Origin: Spirochaetia bacterium
GTDB taxonomy: Bacteria; Spirochaetota; Spirochaetia; SZUA-6; Bin103
DNA length: 64,000 nt
Assembly: GCA_965243555.1 (NCBI GenBank)
Contig: OZ251575.1
Coordinates: forward strand, 2,785,639-2,849,638
Reading direction: 5' to 3'
Shown: piece by piece, positions 45,036-55,101 of the stretch
How the letters are laid out: each line of letters starts with the position of its first letter
How positions within the stretch are numbered: position 1 is the stretch's first letter
Translations under genes and position numbers: made by a program
The notes under the pieces: generated by a model
Databases searched by the model: none
What the model was told of the DNA's origin: nothing
Seen by the model: only the letters and a program-made list of their open reading frames with translations

Positions 45036-46336
45036 CCGGACAACCGCAGAGCGTCGACCAGTCCGACCGCATCGTACCGATCAACCTGCGCCAGAGCGGG
45101 CGCACGCCCACCGAGCTGTTGATCTCGAACCGGGTGCGCAAGTCGCCCTACTGGCATCTGTCGCACGAGGCCGGCTGCTGGCGCGCCACGGTGTACAACC
45201 GCGTCTACCATCCGCGCGGCTACGTGCGCCCCGAGGATGGCGGCGCCGGCGCCGAGCACGCGGCGCTGACCACCCACGTGACGATGTGGAACGTGGCGGT
45301 GGAACGCCAGATTCGGGTGCGGGGGCCGGACGCGGAGCGCTTCGTCGACTACGTCATTACCCGCAACGCCGCCCGCATCAAGCCAATGCACGCCAAGTAC
45401 GTCATCCTCTGCAACGAGCGCGGCGGCATCCTCAATGATCCGGTGCTGCTGCGCCTTTCCACCGACGAGTTCTGGTTCTCGCTCGCCGACTCCGACCTGC
45501 TGTACTGGCTGCAGGGGGTGAACGTCGGGATGCGCATGGCGGTGCAAGTCGACGAGATCGACGCCTGCCCGGTGCAGATCCAGGGGCCGAAGTCGCTCGC
45601 CCTGATGGCCGACCTGGTGGGGGAGGGGATCCGCGACATCCCCTACTACGGGCTCATGGAGGCGCAGATCGGCGGCTGCCCGGTGGTGATTTCGCAGTCC
45701 GGTTTCTCGGGTGAAAAGGGCTACGAAATCTATCTGCGCGACGCCTCCCTGCACGCCGAGAAGATGTGGTACGCGGTGCTGGAGGCGGGCAAGGCGCATC
45801 AGCTCAAGGTCATCGCGCCCGGGCACCAGCGCCGCATCCAGGCCGGCATCCTCTCCTGGGGCCAGGACATCGATCACGAGACGCTGCCGTTCCAGTGCAA
45901 CCTGGCCTATCAGGTGCCGCGCAAGAAACGGGCCGACTACATCGGCAAGGCGGCGCTGGAGCGGGTGCGCGAACAGGTGGACGCCGGGCGCCCGCCGTTC
46001 AAGATGATGCTGGTGGGCATGACGCTGGGCGGCAAGCCGATTGACGACTACGCGCCCGACTTCTGGCTGGTGTCCGATGCCGCGGCCGGCGAGCCGCTCG
46101 GCTACCTGACGTCGCCGTGGCACGCGCCGGAGCTGGATTGCAACATCGCGCTCGGCTACGTGCCGGTGGCGCTTTCCGCGGTCGGCACCGAGCTCACGGT
46201 GTGGCTGCCCGACGAGTACGCCAGCGAGCCGGGCAAGCCGGAACGGGCGCAGGTGTGCGAGGTGCCGTTCCGGCCGTCGGTCAATCCGAGCGCGCGCGAA
46301 CTGGCCCACGCGCGCGGCGAGGACGCCGCGGTCTAA
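45032..46336 (+). CDS. Glycine-cleavage T-protein family aminomethyltransferase-like (folate-dependent demethylase-type)
   Basis: 434 aa with the GcvT fold along its full length ('...YHPRGY...HAALTTHVTMWNVAVERQIRVRGPDAERFVDYV...'). Confidence 0.85.
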   Translation: MTGQPQSVDQSDRIVPINLRQSGRTPTELLISNRVRKSPYWHLSHEAGCWRATVYNRVYHPRGYVRPEDGGAGAEHAALTTHVTMWNVAVERQIRVRGPDAERFVDYVITRNAARIKPMHAKYVILCNERGGILNDPVLLRLSTDEFWFSLADSDLLYWLQGVNVGMRMAVQVDEIDACPVQIQGPKSLALMADLVGEGIRDIPYYGLMEAQIGGCPVVISQSGFSGEKGYEIYLRDASLHAEKMWYAVLEAGKAHQLKVIAPGHQRRIQAGILSWGQDIDHETLPFQCNLAYQVPRKKRADYIGKAALERVREQVDAGRPPFKMMLVGMTLGGKPIDDYAPDFWLVSDAAAGEPLGYLTSPWHAPELDCNIALGYVPVALSAVGTELTVWLPDEYASEPGKPERAQVCEVPFRPSVNPSARELAHARGEDAAV

Positions 46337-46370
46337 GGAGCGGGGCGCGGCCGGAGCGGGCAGGGTCGAG

Positions 46371-47243
46371 GTGGCGGCCGCCGTGCTGAGCGACGCGGCG
46401 CCGCCGCTCGACCGGGAGCGCGTCTACCGCGGCGAGCTGCTGGTGTTCCGCCGGCTGGCGGCGATGGCGGCGTTGGCGGGGCGGGCGCGGGTGATGGCCG
46501 GGGCGGCGTTCGCGCCCGTCGCGCCGCAGGAGGCGGAGCGTTCGTTGCCGGCGGCGGAGTTTCTGGCCCGCGCCGCGGCGTTGCGCCGCGCCTTCATGCG
46601 CGACCCGGAGGTACGCGCCGCGCTACGCGCGGTGATTGAGGCGTTGGGCCTCGACCCCGCCGCCACCTATGCTGACCGCCTGATCCTGCGCCTGCAGCCG
46701 AGCAGCGCCGCCCACCGCGGCCGGCGGGTGCGCGACCTGCCGCCGCACCGCGACAGTTGGGGCTCCAACGTCATGGCGCAAGTCAACCTGTGGGGCCCGG
46801 TGTTCCCCATTGATGCCGGCGCCACGCTGCTGATCTGGCCGGCGCTGTTTGACCGCGCGGTGCCCAACACCAGCGCCTCGTGGGACCTGGAGCGGCTGCG
46901 CGCGGCGCCGAAGCGCTACCCGCTGCTGCCGCAGTGCCAGGACCCGCTCGACGCCGAGGCGGCGCTGCCGGTGGTGATCGAGCCGGGCGATCTGCTGTGC
47001 TTCTCGGCGGCGCACCTGCATGCCAGCCGGCCCAACCGGACCGGGCGCACGCGCCTGAGCATCGATACCCGCATCGTGGACGGCGACGACGTGCAAGCCG
47101 GGCGCGGCGCGGCCAACGTGGACGGGGGCGCGCCGCGGGTGGCCTGGGAGTGGTTCCGCAGGGTGACTGACGGCGCCCCGCTGCCGCCGCCCGGCCCGCC
47201 GCCGGGTGAGGCTGCCGGTAGAGCGGCGGGTAGCAACGGGTAG
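46371..47243 (+). CDS. Putative Fe(II)/2-oxoglutarate dioxygenase (PhyH-like)
   Basis: 'PPHRDSWGS' (HxD) and a distal 'AAHLHASRPNRTGRTRLSIDTR' (His and Arg). The start is uncertain (GTG in the ORF track). Confidence 0.5.
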   Translation: MAAAVLSDAAPPLDRERVYRGELLVFRRLAAMAALAGRARVMAGAAFAPVAPQEAERSLPAAEFLARAAALRRAFMRDPEVRAALRAVIEALGLDPAATYADRLILRLQPSSAAHRGRRVRDLPPHRDSWGSNVMAQVNLWGPVFPIDAGATLLIWPALFDRAVPNTSASWDLERLRAAPKRYPLLPQCQDPLDAEAALPVVIEPGDLLCFSAAHLHASRPNRTGRTRLSIDTRIVDGDDVQAGRGAANVDGGAPRVAWEWFRRVTDGAPLPPPGPPPGEAAGRAAGSNG

Positions 47244-47277
47244 CGGCGGGCGGCGCAATCGGGGGATAACACGAACC

Positions 47278-48051
47278 ATGCTGTATCTTCGCGAGCGGGT
47301 GCTGGCCGGTGAGCTACTGGCCGGCACCTTCTGCAACATCGGATCGCACGTCACCACCGAGATGGCCGGCCACGCCGGCTTCGACTGGCTGCTGCTCGAC
47401 CTGGAGCACGGCGCCGGCGACCAGAGCGAGCTGGTGCACCAGCTCCAGGCGGCCGCCGCGGCGGACACCCCGGCCATCGTGCGCATCGCCTGGAACGAAC
47501 CGTGGCGCTTCAAGCGGGTGCTCGACCCCGGCGCCGCGGGCGTGATGGTGCCGTGGGTGAACGACGCCGCGCAGGCGGCCGCGGCCGCCGCGGCCATGCG
47601 CTACGTCCCCGCCGGCGTGCGCGGGGCGTCGGTACTCAACCGCGCCACCGACTACGGGCTGAACGCCGGCGAGTACTTCGCGGCCGCCAACGACAACCTG
47701 CTGACCGTGGTCCAGATCGAGACCCGCGAGGCGGTGGAAAACGCCGCCGCCATCGCCGCGGTGGAGGGCGTGGACGTGCTGTTCGTGGGGCCGTTCGACC
47801 TCTCGATCGGCCTGGGTATGCGCGGCCAATTTGACCACCCGGACTTTCTGGCGGCGCTGGACCGGGTGGTGGCCGGGGCCAAGGGGGCGGGCAAGGCGGC
47901 GGGCATCCTGCTGCAGCGCCCGGAGCAGGTGGCGGACACGGTGGCGCGCGGCTTTACCTTCGTCGCCCTGGGCTCGGACGGCGGGTTGGTGGCCAACGGC
48001 ATGGCGCAACTGGCCGCCGCCTTTACCCCCTTCCGCGACGGCACGGAGTAG
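47278..48051 (+). CDS. HpcH/HpaI aldolase family (2-keto-3-deoxy-sugar-acid aldolase; RhmA-like)
   Basis: 257 aa from the ATG at 47278. TIM-barrel aldolase motifs '...GFDWLLLDLEHG...VRIAWNEPW...VQIETREAVENAAAIAAVEGVDVLFVGPFDLS...'. Confidence 0.85.
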   Translation: MLYLRERVLAGELLAGTFCNIGSHVTTEMAGHAGFDWLLLDLEHGAGDQSELVHQLQAAAAADTPAIVRIAWNEPWRFKRVLDPGAAGVMVPWVNDAAQAAAAAAAMRYVPAGVRGASVLNRATDYGLNAGEYFAAANDNLLTVVQIETREAVENAAAIAAVEGVDVLFVGPFDLSIGLGMRGQFDHPDFLAALDRVVAGAKGAGKAAGILLQRPEQVADTVARGFTFVALGSDGGLVANGMAQLAAAFTPFRDGTE

Positions 48052-48058
48052 CGCGGCA

Positions 48059-49032
48059 ATGCCGAGCATCATGATCACGGGGCCGGTCGGCGCGGTGGTG
48101 GAGCGGAAGCTGAGCCGCTACGGCGAGCTGGTGGTGACTCCCGACCTGGAGGAGGCGACCTTCGTGCGCCTGGCGGGCGACGCGGCGGCGATCGTCTGCC
48201 GCGGCGAGGCGCGCATCACCCGCCCGGTAATCGAGGCCGCGCCGCGGTTGCGGGTGATTGGCCGCACCGGCGTGGGGTGGACAGCATCGACGTGGCCGCG
48301 GCGACCGCGCGCGGGGTGCCGGTGATCAACACGCCCGGCGCCAACGCGCGGTCGGTGGCGGAAGGCGCCCTCACCTTGACCCTGGTGCTGCTCAAGGAGG
48401 TGTTCCACTGGGACCGGCAGGTGCGCGCCGGCAACTGGGCCGCCCGCTACGAGCTGATCACGCGCGACCTGGAGGGCGCGGTGCTGGGGATCGTCGGCTT
48501 TGGCAACATCGGCCGCACCCTGGCGTCCCTGGCGCTGCCGCTGGGCTTGAAGGTGCTGGCCAGCGACCCGTTCGTGAGCGCGGAAGACGCGCGCGCCGCC
48601 CGGGTCACCCCGGTGCCGCTGCCGGAACTGCTGGCGCAGGCGGACGTGGTGAGCCTGCACGCGACCTTGACGCCGGAGACCGAGGGCCTGATCGACGCCG
48701 CCGCGCTGGGGCTGATGAAACCGGACGCAGTGTTGATCAACCTGGGCCGCGGCGGCCTGATCGACGGCCTCGACGACCTGCACCTGGCGCTGCAGGCGGG
48801 GCGGCTGCGCGCCGCGGCGCTGGACACCTTCGAGCCGGAGCCGCCCGACCTGAGCCACCCGATCTTCCGGCACGAGCGCTGCATCTGCTCGCCCCACGTG
48901 CTCGGCCTCACCCCGGGGGCGATGCAGCGCATCTACGAGTCGATGGCGACCGACATGGCCGCCGTGCTGGCCGGTAAGCGCCCCCGCCACTGCGTCAATC
49001 CCGAAACGCTCGCCGGCCTGGTCGAGGCGTGA
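48059..49032 (+). pseudogene. D-isomer-specific 2-hydroxyacid dehydrogenase with a -1 frameshift in a G-run near 48276 (pseudogene or sequencing error)
   Basis: The N-terminus 'MPSIMITGPVGAVVERK...RVIGRTGVG' (frame of ORF 47831) continues as 'VDSIDVAAATARGVPVINTPGAN...' in ORF 48277-49032. The run 'cgtggggtgg' lacks one G relative to the expected 'GVGVDS'. Confidence 0.6.
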
Positions 49033-49173
49033 CCCGCCGCGGGCGCGGGGCCGGGCGGCTCCCCTGCCGGCAGTCGGCGCGCGCCGCGTAACCCGCCGCG
49101 GGCGCGGTCCCGGGGTGCGCCGCCCGCGGCCTCACCGCGCCGCGGTCACCGACGCTCTTGATTCCAGGCGGCG

Positions 49174-50376
49174 TCACGCATCAGGGACGCGGGCGCGAAA
49201 CAGCAGCGCGGTGCCGCTGGCGCTATAACTGCCCGCCGCCGCGGGCACGAATACCGACTCACCCGGACGGCAGTGAAGCTCGCGTTGCGCGGCGTCGCGC
49301 AGGGTGGCGGAGCCGTGCACGAGCAACACGATTTCCGGGCCGCTGACCGTGGCCGCGAACGCCGTTCCCGGCGGCAACTCGCCCAGCGCCACCGACGAGA
49401 GCGCGAACTCGGCGGCAGGAGTCGGGTAGTGACGTTCGCCGTTGGCGGCGGGGGCCGGGCGCAGCACCGCCGGCGGCGCGGGCGCGAACTTCGCTACCCG
49501 CAGCAGCTCCGCTACGTCGACGTGTTTGGCGGTGAGCCCGCCGCGCAGCACGTTGTCGGAGTTTGCCTGCAGCTCCACCCCGGTGCCGCGCAACGTGGCG
49601 TGCAGCGTGCCGGCGCCGGTGTAGGCCCCCTCGCCCGGCGCCAGCCGCACCAGGTTCAGCAGCCAGGGACCAAGCACGCCGGCGTCTTCCGGGTACTGCT
49701 CCGCCAACCGCCGGACCCACCCGGCCGCCGCCGAGTCGGGCTCCCCGGCGGCCGACCGGACCGCGCGCGCCACCAAGTCCGCCCGCTGCGAGGCGTCCAA
49801 ACGTAGCGCAGCCGCCACCAGCGCCCGCAGCGCCTCCGGTCCGGGGGCCGCGCTCAGCCGTGCTACTGCCGCCCGCAGCTCCGGCGCCGCCAGCGCCTGC
49901 AACCGCCGCGCGACCGCGGCGTACGAACGAAACCCGGAGAGCAGCGCGTACGGCTCCAGCGCCACCACCACTTCCGGCTTGTGGTTGCGGTCGCGGTAAC
50001 TGCGTTGCGGCGCGTCGGCCGCCAACCCTGCCGCCTGCTCGCGGGCAAAGCCGGCCGCCGCCTGCTGCCGCGTCGGGTGCGCCTGAATCGACAGCGGCTC
50101 GCCGACCGCCAACACCTTGAGCAGGAACGGCAGCACTCCCCCGAAGCGCTGCGCCGCCGCCCCCAGCGCCGCCGCCGGCCGTTCCGCGATCAGCCGCTCC
50201 AGGCTCACCCGCCGCCCCGCCACCGTCACCGCCGACGGCGCTTGCGGATGCGCCCCCAGCCACAGCTCCGCCTCCGGCTCCGCCGCCGGCGGCCGTCCCT
50301 GCAGCCGCGCCAGCGCCGTCTTCGATCCCCACGCATAGTTCTGAATGGGGTTGTCCAACTTCAGCAACCCAAGCAT
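49174..50376 (-). CDS. manA: Mannose-6-phosphate isomerase, class I
   Basis: 'MLGLLKLDNPIQNYAWGSK' N-terminus, Zn-ligand motif 'LSIQAHP', and a C-terminal cupin. Confidence 0.8.
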   Translation of the reverse strand: MLGLLKLDNPIQNYAWGSKTALARLQGRPPAAEPEAELWLGAHPQAPSAVTVAGRRVSLERLIAERPAAALGAAAQRFGGVLPFLLKVLAVGEPLSIQAHPTRQQAAAGFAREQAAGLAADAPQRSYRDRNHKPEVVVALEPYALLSGFRSYAAVARRLQALAAPELRAAVARLSAAPGPEALRALVAAALRLDASQRADLVARAVRSAAGEPDSAAAGWVRRLAEQYPEDAGVLGPWLLNLVRLAPGEGAYTGAGTLHATLRGTGVELQANSDNVLRGGLTAKHVDVAELLRVAKFAPAPPAVLRPAPAANGERHYPTPAAEFALSSVALGELPPGTAFAATVSGPEIVLLVHGSATLRDAAQRELHCRPGESVFVPAAAGSYSASGTALLFRARVPDA

Positions 50377-50626
50377 CAACTTCGTCTCATCATGGGGCTT
50401 CCTCGTCCGGGGCTGCAACTTGGGTGGTGACGTCGCCGGCGGCGAGGGCGTTTACGTAGGCAAGGATCGGCGTGCTGGCGCGCGGTCCCTTCCCTGGGGT
50501 TGGCCGCGCCCGCGCGGGGCGGTTGACACTGCCCGCCGTTGTCGGGTATCCGTGTCCCTGACCACTGGTGCGAGCCGCTCGTTGCTCGCTCAGAGGCCAA
50601 GAAAAAGAGGGAGGAGCCCTGAAAAA

Positions 50627-52558
50627 ATGATGATGAGTATTCGGTTGTTGGTCGCCGCGGCGCTGCTGGCGGCCCCGGCGCTGCTGTTTGCCAGCGGCGA
50701 CGACGAGGAGGGCGGCGGCGCCGAGAGCGCCGCGGCGATGGCCTCCACCGGCAAGTACAGCGAGGCGCCGGAGTTGGCCGCCCGCGTCGCCGCCGGCGAG
50801 TTGCCCCCGGTCGAGGAGCGTCTGCCGCTGGAACCGCGCGTCCTGAGCGCGGAGCGCAACGACATCCCGCCCGAGGACCTGGACTTCGAGATCGGCAAGT
50901 ACGGCGGCATCCTGCGTTCGGTGCAACCCGACCCGTCCTGGAATCCCGACATCTTCGTGATGAACGACGAGTCGCTGCTGGCCGCCCCCGGCATCCTGGC
51001 CGACGGCATCGGCGGCAACGTGGCCTCCAGCTTCGAGGTTTCCCCCGACGGCCAAGTCTTTACGCTCACGCTGCGCGAGGGGATCAAGTGGTCGGACGGC
51101 GTGCCGGTAACCACCGAGGACGTCCGCTTTACCTACGAGGACTTCCTGCTCAACGACCAACTGACCAAGGTGTTCCCGCGCTGGATGCGCTCGGCCAGCA
51201 AGTCGGACGGCGAGCCGTTGCGGATCGACGTCGTCGATGACTACACCTTCCGCATCAGCTTCGCGGAGCGCTACGACGGCTTTCCGGCCTACCTGTCGAT
51301 CGTGCAGTGGAAGGGCTACACCGAGTTCGTGAAGCCGGCCCATTACCTCAAGCAGTGGCACGCCGACTACACGCCGCTGGCGGATCTGGAAGACGAGATT
51401 GCCGAGGAGGGCCTGGGCAAGGGTGAGTGGGGAGCGCTGTTCAACAACCGGGACGCCCGCAACTGGGACCTGACGCGCCCCAAGGCGCTCGGCTTCCCGG
51501 TGCTCAACCCGTGGATGCTGGTGGAGCAGAGCCCGACCACCGCGGTCTACGACCGCAACCCCTACTACTTCAAGGTCGACAGCATCGGCCAGCAGCTCCC
51601 GTACATCAACGGGCTGCGCTCGCAGGTGGTGGCGGACGTGGAGATGTCCAACCTCAAGGTGCTCGCCGGTGAGGTGGACTTCCTGCGCGAGGACGCCACC
51701 CTCGACAAGCTCGACCTGTACAAGGAGAACGAGGACCGCGCCGGATACGAGGTGGTGCTGCTCGACATGCACGTGACCCCGACCGATCCGCGGCTCAACC
51801 TGACCTACGACGATCCGGTATGGCGCCAGGTGGTGGGCGACGTGCGCTTCCGCACCGCGCTCAGCCACGCCATCAACCGCGAGGAGATCATCGACGCCAT
51901 CTACTTCGGCTTCGCGACGCCTTCCACCTACGTGCCGTCGGCGTACGATCCGGAGCTGGCCAACCGGCTGCTCGACGAGGCGGGCCTGGACCAACGCGAC
52001 GCTCAGGGCTTCCGGCTGGGGCCGGACGGCAAGACCTTCGAGATTCCGTTCGAGATCGCCATGCACGCCACCGACCAGGTGCCGGTGACCGAGATGATCG
52101 CCGAATACTGGAAGGACGTGGGCCTCAAGACCACGATGAAGACCATCGAGCCGGGGCTGCAGGCCACGCGGCGCAACGCCAACGAGCTGCAGGCCGACCT
52201 GCTGTGGCACCACGGTCCCGAGCTGTGGTGGGGCGCCCTGTGGGACTTCGTGCCGAGCGCCTATGGGCGCGCCTGGCATACGTGGTTCCAGACCGCGGGG
52301 GCCGAGGGTGAGGAGCCGCCCGACGACGTAAAGGAGTTCATCGCGGCCATGGACCGCTCCATCGCCCTGTCGGGGGACGCGCGCGAGGCGGCGATTGACG
52401 AGGTGCGCGAGATGATGATGGAGAACGTCTACATCATCCTCAACGTCGAGGACGTAAAGTACCCCTTGATCGTCAACAAAGACCTCGGCAACGTGCCCAC
52501 CGGAGGCTTCGCGATTGCCGCGAACTTCGCCGGCGAGCAGTTGTTCTTCAAGAACTAG
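50627..52558 (+). CDS. ABC transporter substrate-binding protein (family 5, oligopeptide/oligosaccharide type)
   Basis: 643 aa. Signal peptide 'MMMSIRLLVAAALLAAPALLFA' plus a lipobox-like SG; family-5 SBP fold. RBS 'agggaggag' upstream. The 737-aa track ORF is an upstream extension. Confidence 0.9.
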   Translation: MMMSIRLLVAAALLAAPALLFASGDDEEGGGAESAAAMASTGKYSEAPELAARVAAGELPPVEERLPLEPRVLSAERNDIPPEDLDFEIGKYGGILRSVQPDPSWNPDIFVMNDESLLAAPGILADGIGGNVASSFEVSPDGQVFTLTLREGIKWSDGVPVTTEDVRFTYEDFLLNDQLTKVFPRWMRSASKSDGEPLRIDVVDDYTFRISFAERYDGFPAYLSIVQWKGYTEFVKPAHYLKQWHADYTPLADLEDEIAEEGLGKGEWGALFNNRDARNWDLTRPKALGFPVLNPWMLVEQSPTTAVYDRNPYYFKVDSIGQQLPYINGLRSQVVADVEMSNLKVLAGEVDFLREDATLDKLDLYKENEDRAGYEVVLLDMHVTPTDPRLNLTYDDPVWRQVVGDVRFRTALSHAINREEIIDAIYFGFATPSTYVPSAYDPELANRLLDEAGLDQRDAQGFRLGPDGKTFEIPFEIAMHATDQVPVTEMIAEYWKDVGLKTTMKTIEPGLQATRRNANELQADLLWHHGPELWWGALWDFVPSAYGRAWHTWFQTAGAEGEEPPDDVKEFIAAMDRSIALSGDAREAAIDEVREMMMENVYIILNVEDVKYPLIVNKDLGNVPTGGFAIAANFAGEQLFFKN

Positions 52559-52642
52559 CTGCTCTCCCTTCCCATAAGCCCCCCGGGTGGCCGGAGTTCC
52601 GCTCCGGCCACCCGGGGGGTAGGGGAGTGACCGCGCCGCCCT

Positions 52643-53641
52643 ATGCTCGACTACATCCTCCGGCGGACCCTGCAGATCATCCCGCTGATCGTGGTCATCT
52701 CGGTGTTGTCGTTCGCCATCATCGAGTTGCCGCCCGGCGACTACGTGACCATGCGCATCATCGAGCTGGAGCAGACCGGCACCCGCGTCGACGCCGACGA
52801 GATCGCGCGCCTCACCGCGCAGTACGGGTTGGACAAGTCGCTGGTGCAGCGCTACGCGCTGTGGGCCTGGAACATCGTGAGCCGCGGCCACCTGGGACGC
52901 TCTTTTCAGTGGGAGAAGCCGGTCACGGAGGTGATCGGCGAGCGGATCGCCCTCACCATGACGATTTCGTTGTTCACGCTGGTCTTCGTGTGGGTGGTGG
53001 CGATTCCGATCGGCATCTATGCGGCCACGCACCAGTACTCGCTCGGCGACTACGTGTTCACCTTCTTCGGGTTCATCGGCATCTCGGTGCCGGGGTTCCT
53101 GCTCGCCCTGGTGGTGATCTATTTGGCGTTCACGCAACTTGGCCTGAGCGTCACCGGCCTGTTCTCCCCGGAATACGCCGACGCGCCGTGGAGCATTGCC
53201 AAGCTGCTGGACATGCTGCCGCGGCTGTGGGTGCCGATCGTCGTGATCGGGCTCACCGGTACCGCCAGCCTGATCCGGGTGATGCGCAGCATGCTGCTCG
53301 ACGAGCTGCGCAAGCAGTACGTGATTACCGCGCGCGCCAAGGGCGTGGCCGAGCGGACCCTGCTGTTCAAGTACCCGGTGCGCATCGCCATCAATCCGCT
53401 GATCAGCACCATCGGCTGGCTGCTGCCCTTTATCGTCTCGGGTGAGGCGCTGGTGTCGATCGTGTTGAACCTGCCCACCACCGGGCCGGTGCTGCTGCGG
53501 GCGCTGCTGTTCCAGGACATGTATCTGGCCGGCAGCCTGGTGATGATCCTCAGCGTCCTCACCGTGCTCGGGACGCTGATCTCCGATCTCATGCTAGCGT
53601 GGCTGGACCCGCGCATCCGCTACCAGGGGGCGACCAAGTGA
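52643..53641 (+). CDS. ABC transporter permease (DppB/OppB-like)
   Basis: Six TM segments and an EAA-like loop. Confidence 0.9.
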   Translation: MLDYILRRTLQIIPLIVVISVLSFAIIELPPGDYVTMRIIELEQTGTRVDADEIARLTAQYGLDKSLVQRYALWAWNIVSRGHLGRSFQWEKPVTEVIGERIALTMTISLFTLVFVWVVAIPIGIYAATHQYSLGDYVFTFFGFIGISVPGFLLALVVIYLAFTQLGLSVTGLFSPEYADAPWSIAKLLDMLPRLWVPIVVIGLTGTASLIRVMRSMLLDELRKQYVITARAKGVAERTLLFKYPVRIAINPLISTIGWLLPFIVSGEALVSIVLNLPTTGPVLLRALLFQDMYLAGSLVMILSVLTVLGTLISDLMLAWLDPRIRYQGATK

Positions 53642-54762
53642 GCGCCGCCGCGGCGCCCATTGCGGCGAGGTCCGCGGACGCCAACGAACGTTACTTCGTC
53701 GCCTCACAGTGGCAGCTCGTGTGGTGGAAGTTCCGCAAACACAAGATGGCGCTGGTGGCGGGGGTCGTGCTGGCGGCCATGTACTTCATCGCCGCGTTCT
53801 GTGAGTTTCTGAGCCCCTACCTGCCGGGCACGCGCTTCCCGGAATACCTGTACGCGCCGCCGCAACGGGTGCGGCTGCTGGCGAGCGGCGCCGGGTTCGG
53901 GCCCTACGTCTACGGCCTGGAGCGCGGCCGCGATCCGGAAACGTTCCGGCGTACCTTTACCATTGACCGCGAGCAGCGCTTCAACGTGAGGTTCTTCGTC
54001 CGCGCCGAGGAGTACCGGCTGTGGGGGCTGTTCAAGAGTGACCTCCACCTGTTCGGCTCGGACGATGGGCCGGTGCTGCTGTTCGGCGCCGACCGCCTGG
54101 GCCGCGACGTGTTCACCCGCATTTTGTACGGGGCGCGCATCTCGCTGTCGGTCGGGTTGGTGGGCATCTTCTTTACCTTCGTGTTCGGGATGGTTCTAGG
54201 CGGCCTCTCCGGCTACCTGGGCGGGACCGTGGATACGATCATCCAGCGGCTGGTGGATCTGCTGATCTCGATTCCCACCATCCCGCTGTGGATGGCGCTG
54301 GCCGCGGCGCTGCCGCGCGACTGGCCGCCGGTGCGCATCTACTTCGGCATCGTGATCATCTTTTCGATGATCGGGTGGACCGGGCTGGCGCGGGTGATTC
54401 GCGGCAAGCTGCTGGCGCTGCGCGAGGAGGACTTCGTAATGGCCGGGCGCATCGCCGGCGCCACGCAGAACGCCATCATCGGCAAGCACCTGCTGCCCTC
54501 GTTTGCGAGTTACATCATCGTGTCGCTGACGCTGGCCATTCCGCAAACCATTCTGGGAGAAACGGCGCTGAGCTTTCTGGGGCTGGGGCTGCAGCCGCCG
54601 GTGGTGAGTTGGGGGGTGCTGCTGCAGGACGCGCAGAACGTGCAGGCCATCGCCTACCACGCCTGGCTGCTGATTCCCTGCCTGTTCGTGGTCGTCACCG
54701 TGCTGATGTTCAACTTCCTGGGCGACGGCCTGCGCGACGCCGCCGACCCCTACTCGCGCTGA
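53638..54762 (+). CDS. ABC transporter permease (DppC/OppC-like)
   Basis: GTG start overlapping the upstream stop. Six TM segments. Confidence 0.85.
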   Translation: MSAAAAPIAARSADANERYFVASQWQLVWWKFRKHKMALVAGVVLAAMYFIAAFCEFLSPYLPGTRFPEYLYAPPQRVRLLASGAGFGPYVYGLERGRDPETFRRTFTIDREQRFNVRFFVRAEEYRLWGLFKSDLHLFGSDDGPVLLFGADRLGRDVFTRILYGARISLSVGLVGIFFTFVFGMVLGGLSGYLGGTVDTIIQRLVDLLISIPTIPLWMALAAALPRDWPPVRIYFGIVIIFSMIGWTGLARVIRGKLLALREEDFVMAGRIAGATQNAIIGKHLLPSFASYIIVSLTLAIPQTILGETALSFLGLGLQPPVVSWGVLLQDAQNVQAIAYHAWLLIPCLFVVVTVLMFNFLGDGLRDAADPYSR

Positions 54763-55076
54763 TGCAACGCTTCGCCTTTGCCATGAAGCTGCGGCCCGGC
54801 TGCGCGGAGGAGTACCGCCGGCGCCACGACGCGATCTGGCCGGAGCTGGCGCGGGAGCTGCGCGCCGCCGGCGTCAGCGATTACTCGATCTTCCTTGACC
54901 CCGATTCGCTGACCCTGTTCGCGGTGCAGAAGCTGCGTCCGGGCAACACCGCCGCGGGCCTGCCGGAGCGGGAGATCGTCAAGCGGTGGTGGGCCTGCAT
55001 GGCCGACCTGATGGAAACCAACCCGGACGACTCACCGGTGATGCGTGAGCTGCCCGAGCTGTTTCACCTCGACTGA
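54762..55076 (+). CDS. rhaM: L-rhamnose mutarotase
   Basis: 104 aa. 'MQRFAFAMKLRPGCAEEYRRRHDAIWPEL...GVSDYSIFLD' matches RhaM. Confidence 0.85.
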   Translation: MQRFAFAMKLRPGCAEEYRRRHDAIWPELARELRAAGVSDYSIFLDPDSLTLFAVQKLRPGNTAAGLPEREIVKRWWACMADLMETNPDDSPVMRELPELFHLD

Positions 55077-55101
55077 TCCGCACTGAGAAGGAGGAGGGAT
55101 C

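Noticed and set aside
50500-50560. Sigma70-like promoter upstream of the ABC substrate-binding protein gene (TTGACA at 50523)
   Set aside because: A good -35 hexamer is present, but no acceptable -10 (TAnnnT) lies at 16-19 bp spacing ('GGTATC/GTATCC'). The organism likely uses high-GC promoter rules, so it is not called.
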